DNA from: Octopus vulgaris
Taxonomy: Eukaryota
Direction of reading: 5' to 3'
NCBI GenBank assembly: GCA_951406725.2
Contig: OX597822.1
Span: 14,508,001-14,572,000 of the forward strand
DNA: 64,000 nt
The notes under the pieces were generated by a model that had not been told where the DNA came from, ran no database searches, and was given only the letters and a program-made list of their open reading frames with translations. Shown here piece by piece: positions 13,848 to 27,699 of the stretch (position 1 is its first letter; each line of letters begins with the position of its first letter). Position numbers and translations under genes: made by a program.

Positions 13848-14327
13848 ATATGTATGTAAGTGTGTGTGTGTATATATATATACTTATCTCTATCTATGTG
13901 AACATATTCTTTGTTCTGTATTAATACATTATAATAATGTGCTTTCTGGAAGATGCATCCAAATCCATATGAACTTTCTCTGTAGAAAATACAAATAGCC
14001 ACAATGTCGAAATGGGTGTAGGAAACAAATGGTATGCACAACATTTTTGTTGATCCTATATATACGTGTGTATGTATACATATGTAGGTATGTGTATGCA
14101 TATACATATGTAGGTATATGTAATTGTGCACATATGCATATATAGGCATGTTTAGGAACAGCGTAGCCAAATGGCTAAGGTGTGCGCTTAGCAACTACAA
14201 GGTCCGCTGGTTCGATCCCACTGCTTGGTGTGTAAAGTATATGTAGCCTCAGATTAAATCGTATCTGGTGAGATGAATTGAGCTAACAGAAACCTATACA
14301 TACATACATACTTACATATATATATAT

Positions 14328-14381
<54 letters not shown>

Positions 14382-14383
14382 GG

Positions 14384-14613
<230 letters not shown>

Positions 14614-15012
14614 CACATGTGTAGACTGTCTTTATGCTACTTTGTCCATAAAACAGTTGTGAAGATCATACACAGCTTACACTATAAAGATAGAGAAGAG
14701 AAATGTAGTAGTGGTGGTCGTGGTTTGAGTGGTCTAAGTGATGATGGTACAAACAGCAGAGGTTGTAATGGCGGCGGATGATCTGTAAGTGGATGGCTTA
14801 GATAACGAGATTATCTGAAGCAACTGCCCTGGTGTCAAAACCTTTCTACATATTAATCTTTCTGTCAACTCACTTAACAATATCTCTTTACAATACAAGC
14901 CTTCTTGTACTTATGTGTGTATGTGTGTGTGTGGGGGGGGGACGTCAGTCTATGTGTGCGTATATACTTACGACAGAATGTGTACATATGATTCAGTATA
15001 AGTGCGCGTCTA

Positions 15013-15175
15013 AGGCTGCGAGCTGGCACAAACGTGAGCGCGCCGGACAAAATGCCGAGCAGTATTTTGTCCGTTTTTGCATCCTAGTTTCAAATTCCGC
15101 AAAAGTCGACTTTGCTTTTCATCCTTTCGGGGTCGATAAAATAAGTACCAGTTGAACATGGGGGTCGATGTAGTG
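15013..15175 (+). mobile_element. SINE-A
   Basis: gtcgactttgcttttcatcctttcggggtcgataaaataagtacc. Confidence 0.85.
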
Positions 15176-16054
15176 AGGGTTAATAGATTAATTTGAATAT
15201 AATAGAATAAAGTGAAATAAAGGAAAAGATAAAATAAAATAACAAGTGAAAAATGTAATAAAAAATAAAATAAAGAGTTAAAAATGAAAAAAAATATAAA
15301 GGTAGACTAAAATATATACATATATAGGTACAGATGTGCACACACACACACAGACACACACGCACATACACACACAAACACACACACATACACATATAGA
15401 TATGTCAGTAAATGGTGAGGTTGTGTTAACCGCACGTGGAGAAATGTTAGGAAAGGAGAAATTATAATAAGGCAGAATGCTAAATTGAAAGCAAATTTTA
15501 ATAAAAATGGGTGTAAATTTTAAGAAAAAAAAAAAAATATAAATTCAAAGGAAATGGAGAATATATACACAGAGCAATGAATTTATTATCATAGTCCAGT
15601 TAACTCAGTAAGTTCATTCATATTGCCTACGCTGCGTTTCGGTTGACTGTTGTCGTTCATATTTGCAATTTTAAAGTCCGTTATGAAGTCGTAAAAAAGC
15701 AAAAGGCCTCCCCAGAACATAATTGACTGATATCTTAAAGCTTTTTTTCTCCTACACTGAAAATGATGTAAATCTCTTTTCAAATGACAAAATGTTCGTT
15801 GAATCTTGCTGTGTGAAAGTCTGTCTTGGCGTCGTAAAATCTTCCTCTTTCGTCTGCCTCTCGGCTGTTATTTTTGAAATTTATTTCTTCTCTTTGACAA
15901 AGAATTTTCGCCTTCGTCCTTTGATGTATTAAACTTCATTTTGCTCTCTCTTATTTGTTGTTCGACGCTTCCGGCACGTGCTTTCACTTGACTCAATCCG
16001 CGCGCTATTTGTGTTTCATTTAGGATTTGTCTCAAATTTTATATTTCTTCTATC

Positions 16055-16425
16055 TTTTACTTGTTTCACTCATTAGACTGCGGCCATGCTGGGGCACTGC
16101 CTTGGAGAATGTTTAGTCGAATGGATCGACCCGAGTACTTACTATTTTTAAAAGCCTTGTGCTTTTTCAATCGATTCTCTTTTGCTAAACTTCTACGTTA
16201 AGGCGAAACAAACACACCAACACCTTTCGTCAAGTGGTGTTGGGGGATAAATACAGACACAAGAACACACACACACATAGATATATACATATATAGACGT
16301 ACAATGGGCTTCTTTCAGTTTCCGTCTATCAAATCCACCCACAAGGCTTGACGCTGTTGTAGAAGGCACTTGCCTAAGTTGCCACGCAATGAAATTGAAC
16401 CTGGAACCACGTGGTTGGGAAGCAA
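16055..16425 (-). mobile_element. SINE-C, near full length
   Basis: Both halves present with internal (CA)/(TA) tract. Confidence 0.8.
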
Positions 16426-16480
16426 TACACCCATGTATTCATTATAATTAAACATATATATAATTAGACGCGCATACACA

Positions 16481-16520
<40 letters not shown>

Positions 16521-16524
16521 TATT

Positions 16525-16595
<71 letters not shown>

Positions 16596-16609
16596 TAATA
16601 ATAATAATT

Positions 16610-16796
16610 TTCAAGTTTTAAAGCAAACATAATTTTCGTATGGTTTTTTAGGCATTCCCTAGTACAACACTAAGTACAAAACCAAATATATGACACCCTA
16701 GGCATAACACCAGCATGAACCTCCAGCTTCTTGTCTCTTGAGGTCTCTGGGTGAGACTTGGAGCCAACTTGTGCAGATGTAAAGCAAAAGTCAAAC

Positions 16797-16800
<4 letters not shown>
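16610..16800 (+). mobile_element. Probable 3' UTR fragment of an R4/Dong-like element in (TAA)n
   Basis: (TAA)n on both sides; ctcttgaggtctctgggtgagacttgg resembles R4-type 3' UTRs (from memory). Confidence 0.45.
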
Positions 16801-16853
<53 letters not shown>

Positions 16854-17772
16854 TGATGATAATGTGAGGTGTGTGTGTGTGTGTGCTTGCGCCCGTGTGT
16901 CTGCATGTTTGAGTGTGCGTGGGTGGTGATGGCGACGGTGTTTGTTAGGAAGATGTGTACAAACTATGCTGAGATAAATACAAATTACGTCGACACTCGA
17001 TTATTTAATAAACAAACCACTCAAACTTTGATGTTCACACACCTGTGGGTATCGATCGATCGATCTGCTTCATGCTTTCATTGGCAAACCGCAACTTCTC
17101 CCTCCCCGGCACCCTCTCACCCTCACCGCAATTCCTTATTAACGCATTCGCTCTCCTCCTCCCCCCTCACCCTCTTTCGACCACCTGCCCGCAAAACAAT
17201 TTCCGACGATCAATTTTCCCACGATTTCTCGGCTTAAACAGATTCAACAGATATCAAATCTAATTGTTTTATGGATGTCTCCATGTGCTTGTGCACGTGT
17301 AGTGCGTGCGCATAGCTTAGATATATACGTGTGTGTGTGTATGTGTGTATGTATGTATGTATATATATATATATATATATATACATACATATAAGTATAT
17401 AGATATATACATACATACATGTATATATGTATATGTATATATATATATGAATCCATATTTATGTACGGTTATATCTATCTATCTATCTATCTATCTATCA
17501 CATCTATCTATCACACTATATGTGTGTGTGTGTGTATGTGTGTGTATGTGTGTGTATGTGTGCGTGTGTGTATAAAGCTATATGTTATATATTGGTATCT
17601 ATATGGGAACATCTATATACAGATATACACAAATATACATCTAATTTCATTTCTAATTCTATGAGTTTTCTACACAAAGAATACATAATTTTATATGATA
17701 TTACATGTATATATTTATATATATGTATATATATGAAATATAAATGAGTAACAAAGATGTATAAGAGTCAAT

Positions 17773-17853
17773 TCGTTACGGCCGTTTCGAGCGACTCCTT
17801 TAATTGATCAATGAAAACGTTACATCACTACAAAGAAAACCGTTCTCATCAAA
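17773..17853 (-). ncRNA. Hammerhead-like motif with long stem II
   Basis: TTGATGA-gaacgg..tcgctc-GAAAC GGCC GTA; ACGGCCGT palindrome. Confidence 0.6.
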
Positions 17854-17934
17854 TACACACACACATATGTATATGTTTGCATATATATATTTATAACTAT
17901 GTGTAAATATATGTATGTGTGTGTATATATATGA

Positions 17935-18116
17935 GAATCGTTGGTGATTGTTTTCTCCGTCTTCCTTTTCTATTGGTCTCCTGTTTCTGAAGAAGAGCGT
18001 TGCTCGAAATGTTAGACCATCTTTCTTTCCTTCCCAGAGCTTTTGGTAATACTTTACATGTATCACGTTCTCGCGTTGTTGCTTTTTGTGTTTCTTCGTT
18101 TTGGGGGGGATTTACT
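17935..18116 (+). mobile_element. Hammerhead element family F1
   Basis: gttt CTGAAGA a gagc gtt gctc GAAA TGT T agac; (TA)n flanks. Confidence 0.75.
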
Positions 18117-18410
18117 ATATGTATATATATATATATATATATATAGTGAGAGAGAAAGAGAGATAAATAGAGAGATAGATAGATATATGCGTGTGTGTGT
18201 GTGTGTGTGTGCATGTGTATGTACTGTAGTACGCCCCCACACACAGCTGATACTATTAAACTCGCAGTGTTTTTGACTCAAGTTTCAAATCTAAATGTAC
18301 TAGTTGCTATATATTGTTACATTGTGTTATCGTAATCTTCTGTTGTATTGAGTACTATGTAACTTGGTTATTTCTTTTTAAATCATTACAACGTATGTGT
18401 GTGTGTGTGT

Positions 18411-18452
<42 letters not shown>

Positions 18453-18826
18453 ACATATATTGCATCATCTGCGACATACCCATTCGGAGAATAATGTCCA
18501 GATAAAATCATCAAGATATGGAGGGAAATGTACTCTAATAGAGATTTCGATCCTTCCTGGAACACACCTAAGTTTTCGATGTAGGATACATTCTTTGAAT
18601 TCTATAATGTGTATAATCCCATAGTTAACACTAGTTACACGTCATCGCATTGCTATACTCTGGAACGTAACTCTGCATGTCGACAGACATAATCCGTCCA
18701 CCTCTTTACAGAAATGGTTCAATGTCATCCAACTGGAAGCATAACAGATTCCTTCACGCCACGGTTTGCAGAAAAGAGCAAGTCAGGAGCAGTAAATGCT
18801 GCTGTGGCTTTTTTCACACTGTGTTC

Positions 18827-19063
18827 GGAAAATTCGCCATAAACACATTTTTCGTGAGAAAATTTGCCATATTATATTTTGCTGTAAAGGAGGCAAACAA
18901 GCAGACTGTAAACTAAATAATTCATTTCGAAGAAATTATCTGTCTTTAATTGGAAGCTGCTTGATGAAGTTACCATTTTAAGAAAACATCTTATTTATTT
19001 GCAATTTATTATGTTTTTTACGGTAAATTTTCCTACGGCAAAAATGTCTACGGCGAAATTCAT
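18827..19063. mobile_element. MITE with internally repetitive (~15-bp subunit) terminal inverted repeats, Mutator/foldback-like
   Basis: aaaattcgccataaacacatttttcgtgagaaaatttgcc vs tacggtaaattttcctacggcaaaaatgtctacggcgaaatt. Confidence 0.55.
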
Positions 19064-19511
19064 GATGGCTGTTCTCATACCTTCTTTTTCTGGGACATAT
19101 TGGATATTGTTTTTGTTGTTGTTGCTTGATTTCAAAGAACTGTAGATCTTAATTCATCCTCGTTTTCTTTTCTTTCCTTTTTTTTCGTTATTTTCCGCAT
19201 GGAAGTATTTCGAAATCGTTTCGAAGAGTTTATTACTCTACACACCGTTTCACCTTTTTATGTCGATTTATCATAATCCTGATTGTTTTTTTTTCTTTCG
19301 GCCGACCATTTCTAGATTTTCATCTCCCATAAATATTTCGTCGTCAACAAATGATAAAGTTGCGCTACAACAGGTTGGCTCTCCTACGAGATCAGATGTT
19401 TTCTTCTCTAATTCTGGTGCTCGTCATGAAGATATTACACTTGCCATTCCCAGAACTTTGGCGGGCGGTGATCTGGAAACTAGGAGACGGTTGTTGTTTT
19501 TTTTTGTTGAA

Positions 19512-19558
<47 letters not shown>

Positions 19559-20547
19559 TTAATAATAATAATAATAATAATAATAACAATAATTGTGATA
19601 ATGATGATGATAATGATGATAATGATGAAGGTGGATTTCTCATATTGTCCACAAGAAGTTGAAGACAGCACAAAGGCGAAATACAAAAAGGAAAGAACAA
19701 ACAAGAAGAAAGGATGGGATTAACGAAGAATAAAAGAGTGAGATCATCGTTAACAATGGCCGACATTTTATTAAATAGAAAATAGTAAATAAACAATATA
19801 GAACGATAGAAGAAAATAAGTATGTTTTGCGTCGGGCTTAGGCCTCCACAAGTGGGTGAGGGCACCAGCCGATAAAATCGATTTCAGTGTTCCACTGGTA
19901 CTTTATTTTAACGACCCCGCAAGGATGAAAGGCAAAGATGACCTCGGCAGGAACTGAAGCATCACAAGCAACATTGTTGCCGTTGTTATCGATACGATCG
20001 TTATTGTTTTTGTTCTTACTGTTGTCATCGTCGTTGTTGTTGTTTAAAGTAACATCGTGTGTCAGCACGTGCCGTGTGTTAACAGATGCTACCTGCTTTG
20101 GTGACAGCCCTTGATTTACCTATATAAGCGTGACACCGGACTGCACATAGGCTACTACACACGCATACACACAGAGACACACGCACACATACTGAAAGAC
20201 ACCCACACATACACACACGAACAAGTACACACCAGGGAAAATATAATCTAACAATAAAGCACACATGCAGACACACACACACACGCACACACACACACAC
20301 ACGCATACACACACACACATATTAACTTACTTAACTCATACACGCGTGGGCTTCTAAGCAAACGGAGGAACTGCTAAACATAACAGCTAAAACTCTCTCA
20401 ACTCCTACCAGGCACCTTACAAGTTATCTCACTTGATGAAATGATCATAGTATTCTTGGGTATAGGGAAAACCGAAAACCGGTTATTCATTGTTGGCATG
20501 CTTTCTGATCATAGGTTTGCTCGCTTAAGGCATTGGTGTTTAAATAG

Positions 20548-20680
20548 TTCTTATTTTTTTGACCCCGAAAGAATGAAAGGCAAAGTCGACCTCAGTGGAA
20601 TTTGAACACAGAACGTAAAGACGGACAAATGCAGCTAGGCATTTTTCCCTGGGTGCTAACGATCCTGCCAGCTCGCCACC
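20548..20680 (-). mobile_element. SINE-A (5' part)
   Basis: gaccccgaaagaatgaaaggcaaagtcgacctc..gccagctcgccacc. Confidence 0.8.
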
Positions 20681-20849
20681 CTAATTTAACAGATAATGAT
20701 AACAAATATACGTTCGATTGTTTCTTCACAGAAAATGCTTCCTCCTTTATTCATGTCCCCAGAAGGTGTGTTTTTTTCTCTCTCGGAGAAATATGACATC
20801 GTATTACAGTCTCTATCAGTTTTCAAATAATAAAAATTGTTTAATTTTG

Positions 20850-21203
20850 CAGACACTTCCAGCAATGTAGTAAAGATTGTTTGCCAACATAACATGGGAG
20901 TCCGGGTTTGGGACAAATGTTACTGTAATTTAGCCCCAGGAGTCATCGTCTCCAGCTGGCTATACGACAGGATGTGTCCTTATATTTTCGAACAAGAGGA
21001 TCTAGCACCATCACTCAGCTCAAAACAAAGTGGGGGTGCTAGATTCCCCTTCTTCGAAAATATAAGGACAAAGATCGTGTCGTATAGCCAGCTGGAGACG
21101 ATGTCTCCTGGGGCTAAATTACAGCAACATTCGTCCTAAACTCGGACTGCCATTTTATGCTGGCAAACAATTTTTACTACAAAGTACTGTTGCTGAATAT
21201 CTG
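20850..21203. repeat. Long palindrome (~150-bp arms, short loop), probable foldback MITE
   Basis: 20866-21015 is the reverse complement of 21029-21181. Confidence 0.9.
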
Positions 21204-23319
21204 TCGTTGTGAGATTTAAAAATAGTAATTTTCTAACTTCCAGCAATATTTGTTGAAAAATTTCCAAACACTGACTGGCCTAAATAATTGATTTCTTGCG
21301 ATGGTACGATCTGACTGGAAGTCATTATTATTATGAGGCCTGGGAGACGACTGGAGTCCAAAAGCAGACAGTTTGGTCAGGAAATCAAATATGGTTTTCT
21401 TACCATATCAAAAGCAATTAAACTGCTCTCCACAAGTTTCTCGTTGGTGAGTGAGTAAATTGTGTATGAGACTAGGTCCCTATCAGATCCGGTTGTACGA
21501 AATGAAATCTATTAAAGTTGTCGTTAAGATGGTAGAGAAATTGTAGGAACGTCTATCAATTTTGTGATGTCGAGGGTAAGTGCGATTGGAGGTTTAGAAT
21601 GAGTCTCTTGGGAATAGGACAAAATCTAAAATGTTTTTAAAGTCAAGAATATTTCTAAAGACTAAAGAGAGGGACGGAGATAGAGAAAGAGAGTGAAGTG
21701 TATATTGTGTAGAGAGATTAGCTGTGAGACATTTTTTGGTGGTAATAGGAGTGACTGTCTATTCGATAATGTTAAACAATTATGCTAATTGATTGCAAGG
21801 CATGGTTTAGTGGTTGAGTGTTGCACTCGTGATCTTAGGTTCGTAGTTTCAGTTCCTGGGCCGGGCGATGAGTTGTGTTCTGGTGCAAAGCATTTTATTT
21901 CCCATTGCTCCATTCTACTCAGATGGCAAAATGAGTAACCATGCAACAGACCGGCCCCTCTTCCAGCGAGGAAATAATGATATAGGAAGTACCTTTGATC
22001 CCCCTTTGTTTTTTATATGAACCGCTACATAGAGAGTTGAACGTTTAAAGAGACATCAATATAGCTGGGACAAAAAGGAAAGGAGTATCTTCCCGTGCGG
22101 TCACCCTGATGAAATCGAGTGTGTGTGGCAAACTGGTTGAAGATGAACAGATGAGAGGAACATAGATGAACGTGTAGTGAATTTGAACATAGAAAACTAG
22201 AGAAGCAACCTAAGAGGAACTGTTATGGGTTTATTCTGGATTTCGAAATGGAGATGAAAGTCGAATAGTTACCGAACAGAAGTTTGGATCGTTATCAGAG
22301 AAGGGGCAAAAGGAAGTTTCCTTTGAAAAGACTTAAGAATGACTATAACACGCGTACACTGTTTCCGTTGAATATCATCACCTGTAAGCTATGTCTCGCC
22401 CTTTGGATTTGCGTCACCAAAACGGAAAGCCAACTCTTCCGGACTTTGTAGAAAGGGAGAATCTTTTGCAGTTGTCTCACAATGATCTCAATTCGACGTC
22501 TTTGCTGAAACGCACACACGCGTTGAAGACACTGCATCCTCAGATATAACTCAATATAAAATCAACGCTAAGTTCTTCTGCAAAGACTTTTTTTCCTGGT
22601 TCATACATGTGACATATCTGTCATATGAAATCAAATGAAGACCCAGAATTGATATCTCTATCTGGAATGTTGTAGTTGATTGGACAGTAATTACATCATA
22701 ATACACAGGGCTAGTCGAAGGAGATACACGAGTGAGGTTTACTGGGAGGTTGATGAGGACGATGAACTGTTGGTCACGTTGTGCATCAACGGGGACAAGT
22801 TGTGAAATTGCTTCCAGTTGATTTTCCGTCCGTCCATTATGAAAACTTCCAGAAATATATGTTCTAGTAGTAGCACTGGATGGTAAAACAAATTCCTCAC
22901 ATGGTGCTTGCCATAACATCAGAGAAAGCAATCAGGAAATACCCAGGATGCAATACCATTGATGTTGTTGCTTCATTCTCGTTTTATATGTACCTGCGGT
23001 ACATTAAACTTATGTTTATGCAGAAACGTTATAGAGTTGTGTTGCACGAGTAAGATTGTGACCCAGACCAATCCTAAACACCGTCTCCCTGAGTTTATTT
23101 AACAAAGAAACTGGAGCAAGGTACTTTGTGAATACAGAAAATGTGGGAGTGTGGTGAACGAGGCAAAAAAATTTGAGGTCAAATGCAAGCCGTATTCGAG
23201 TATTATTTGAATAGGAACTGAGTGGGAGGAAAAGAGACTTTCCTTCTAATATTATTTACGAAAGAAAAATGTGAATGAAGAGTTCCGTATCAGTGGATGA
23301 CTCGGTTATATACCAACAC

Positions 23320-23409
<90 letters not shown>

Positions 23410-23879
23410 ATGCATACATGCATACATGCATACATACATACAAACATACATACGTGTATATATATATATATATCAACAATAATAATAAAAAGGATTATTA
23501 CGAAGTTGTATAGCATTACCTTTAATTCGTTTTATATATTTACACATATATATGTGTGTGTGTGTATGTATGTGCATGTGTTTGTGTTTGTGTGTATGTA
23601 CGTATGTATGTAAGCATGCATATATGTATGCGTATATATGTATGCCTGTATCTACACATTGTGATATGTCTTTCGTTATTATGGTTATCCTAATTCGAGG
23701 AGCTGGTAGAATCGGTAGCGTATCGGACAAAACGCTTCGTACATTTCCCCGAGTTCTATGCTCTGAGTTCAAATGTCACCGATGTCAACTTTACCTTTAC
23801 CTAGAGCAGATGTCCTCTTAGGTTTAAAAAATCGCAGTTGGGTTGGCTCGAACTGACAGCCATGCTAAAGTGGCTAGTC

Positions 23880-24108
23880 AGTTTTCATTCCTTTTCAGAA
23901 TTACTACTATTAGTGGTTTGTAGTTTAACTACTCTTTCTAGCGAGTCTGATGTCCTATTATGGCCATCTCTCATGTCTTTAAATGTACACTGTATTTCTA
24001 TATGAATAATATATAGTCTATTGACTAATTTTGCCTTCTCACTAGACCACTGGTAGCAAAGAATTTTTCTAAATTTTTTTGCTACCCTAAGATTTATTGA
24101 TTTATTAT

Positions 24109-24154
<46 letters not shown>

Positions 24155-24300
24155 CTTTGTGCTGGAAATACCAGCGATAATAATTAATTTTATTTTATCG
24201 CAATTTGACTTGTTTACATATATATGTATATATGTATGTATGTAAATATATACTATTATTATTAATATTATTATTATTATTGTTGTTGTTGTTGTTGTTA

Positions 24301-24365
<65 letters not shown>

Positions 24366-24586
24366 TGATAAATCTTAGGGTAGCAAAAATATTTAGAAGA
24401 ATTCTTTGCTACCAGTGGTCTAGCGAGAAAGAAAAATTAGTCAATAGACTATATATTATTCATATAGAAATACAGTGTACATTTAAACATTTAAAGAGAT
24501 GGCCATAATAGGACATCAGACTCGCTAGAAAGAGTAGTTAAACTACAAACCACTAATAGTAGTAATTCTGAAAAGGAATGAAAACT
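23880..24586. repeat. Inverted repeat, ~220-bp arms around a microsatellite-rich spacer
   Basis: 23880-24102 vs 24363-24586, long identical stretches. Confidence 0.92.
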
Positions 24587-24717
24587 AAAAATATTTACCC
24601 TATTTTTCCTGGACTATGCATTGTTTCAGGCAATCTTTTGTAAATAAAATAATTCTAATTTACAATTGGCGTTGCCCAAAAGAACCGGCAAGTAAAATTA
24701 AATAAATATATAGTGTA

Positions 24718-24783
<66 letters not shown>

Positions 24784-25477
24784 TTATATGCATGGTATAC
24801 AAAGTGCAGAATTGGCCGAGTTAAATATATAGCCTTGCGATATTTTTCGCATCTTTCTACACTCCGAAGGGAACTAAGTCCTCATCCAGTCGTGGGGAGG
24901 GAATACAGTTCCACTCCTTGGCTTTCTATCTTCTTTCTGTTCTTTCTGACAATCCTCGCTTTCTGGAGAAAATCAGCTGAAGTGACTCCGCCGAACGTAT
25001 GGGTTCCACGTGGTTTGGAAACGCTCAGAACAAACTGCATGACGTGTTGGTGCTTCTGTGATTCCATCAGTAACTGAGGACCTACAACAAAGAAGGCAAA
25101 CAGATATATATTCAAGTAGAGAAAAAAATGTATATACACTCATGCCAATACACATGTGCACGCGCGATATATATATATACACATCCATACTTTCCTAAAT
25201 ATAAACTCACATACAAATATGTAAACATGCATACATACTGTACAGCTATACATGCATGGTTAAATGGCATACTGATAAAGATATCAAACGTACAATACAT
25301 ATATATTATGCACACACACACACATATACATACATACACACACGCATATATATATATCTATATCTATGTATATATATATCTGTATATATATGTATATATA
25401 TGTATATATGTATATACATATGTATATATATATATACATACATATACATACACACACATATATATATATATATATAT

Positions 25478-25686
25478 AGTTAATCCAAACATGAAAGCAC
25501 AAAAAACACAACAACGCGAGGACGTGGAACAAATATAGTATTATTGGACGGTCAGAAAAGAAGGAAAGAAGGACCCCTTAACGTTTTGAGAGGAGCTCTT
25601 CGTCGGAAACATAGGAGAAGGAAAGATCCAGAGAAGGGAAGACAGAGGAAAAAAATCGCCAACGGTACACACGCGGTCACATTTTG
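25478..25686 (-). mobile_element. Hammerhead element family F1 (core mutated)
   Basis: Minus strand gttt CCGACGA a gagc tcc tctc AAAA CGTT; (TA)n both sides. Confidence 0.75.
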
Positions 25687-25691
25687 TATAT

Positions 25692-25822
<131 letters not shown>

Positions 25823-25853
25823 TAAACCATCGATCTTCTGATTACCTCACTTC

Positions 25854-25900
<47 letters not shown>

Positions 25901-26119
25901 GTATATATGTATATATATGCAAGCATTCGTACAAACATTTATAGATACAATGAAACAAGTCTATATACAGACACATACATATATATATATATATACATAC
26001 ATAAAAACATACATATTTACGTATACAAACTTATGTAGAATATAAAAAATAGCAACACAAATACAAATACAGAAATATATATGTAGGTGTATGTATGCGT
26101 ATATGTATGCCTGCAAGTA

Positions 26120-26151
<32 letters not shown>

Positions 26152-26526
26152 GTATGTACACGCTTACGTACGTGTGTAGATCCCTATATAAAAACAAGTT
26201 AAGTTGGACAATGGACGACGACACAGAGGCATAACAATGGACGACATTATCTGAACAGCAAATTTAGTTACAATATCGGAAATAAAAGACAGTGTCTATT
26301 ATCTGCGCGACTTGAGGTGTAAGAAAGTTTTTACGCAACAGATAGATAGACAAAGACACTCCAAAGAAGAGAAAAATAATAATATGGCAGATCTTCTTTT
26401 CTTCAAGTCACGCAGCTGAAACGTCAATCTTATCTGCATCTTTTGTTTTTCTTTCCTTACTTTTCTCTTTAACTTCTGTGTACGTGCTTGCATGCATGTG
26501 TGTATGTGTGTAGGTGTGCATATGCC

Positions 26527-26620
<94 letters not shown>

Positions 26621-27171
26621 CGTATATGTATGTATTTGACAAAAACGTTACACAAACACACACACACACATGTATATGTTATGTGAGTCTGTATGGATTC
26701 GTGTGTAGTCGTCTCAAAAACGTTTCTCTTCTTTATCCTATTTAAATGTTTTGTATTTGTGTTGCCCTTGTGGCAAACAAAGAAACGATCCAATAAAGTA
26801 TATTTGTTATGGATATTATGTTGTCACCATTGTTGCAATAGTAGTAGTAATGGTAGTAGTTAATTTTGTTGTTGTTGTTGTGGTGGTGGTGTTGGTTTTA
26901 GATTTTATTGTTGTAAATTGCATCTTTCAAGGTAGTGAATGTCAAAATGTTATTAATGTATTTAGAGGTTTTGTTCATTTTCTTTGTTCTTTATTCCGTT
27001 ATTCTTATAAGTGATTGCAGTATTTGCAGTGCGACCATGCTGGGGCACCTCTTTCGTCGGCTTCTTTTTCTTTATATATTCAACAATATCTACTTCAGAA
27101 TATACTCTAGTTACATACTTGCTGTTTCTACCTTTATTTATCAAATGGCTAGATTACACAAACATATACAC

Positions 27172-27215
<44 letters not shown>

Positions 27216-27699
27216 ACACACACACATACACACACAGCGAGCGGTCTTATTTCTGGTTTGTCTTTTTTCTCAGTGATCATGGGCCCTACCATGGCTTAGA
27301 AAGCCATTGCAGGGCCCATAGCTGCAGGTGCAGCTTTCATTTTCCTGCATTGCAACCGGGTGGTAATTCTGTACAGCACTTTGATTGCGTACTTTCATGT
27401 GCCTTGTGAATCCAGATTGGCTGGAATATTCCCTTCAATCGCATATCAGATTAACTACAAGAAATTGGTTTTTTTAACTTGAGCCTTTCAGCGCATTGAG
27501 GATAGCTCTGAAGAGTCAAACACATCCTTAATCATCACACCAAAAACGTACGATTGTTGGACCTACAAACCATCCTTTACCAGCTGTTCCCTTTACATTA
27601 TCCCATTCTAATGCTAGACTCCTGAAATTTCCAGATGCCACTGGTTATTTTTGTACTCCAGTTACTCTTCTCTTGCACTGGAGGCTCCCGGTCAGTTGT

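Noticed and set aside
21250-22340. Possible decayed CR1-like LINE on the minus strand
   Set aside because: Only ambiguous peptide traces and no clean RT motif
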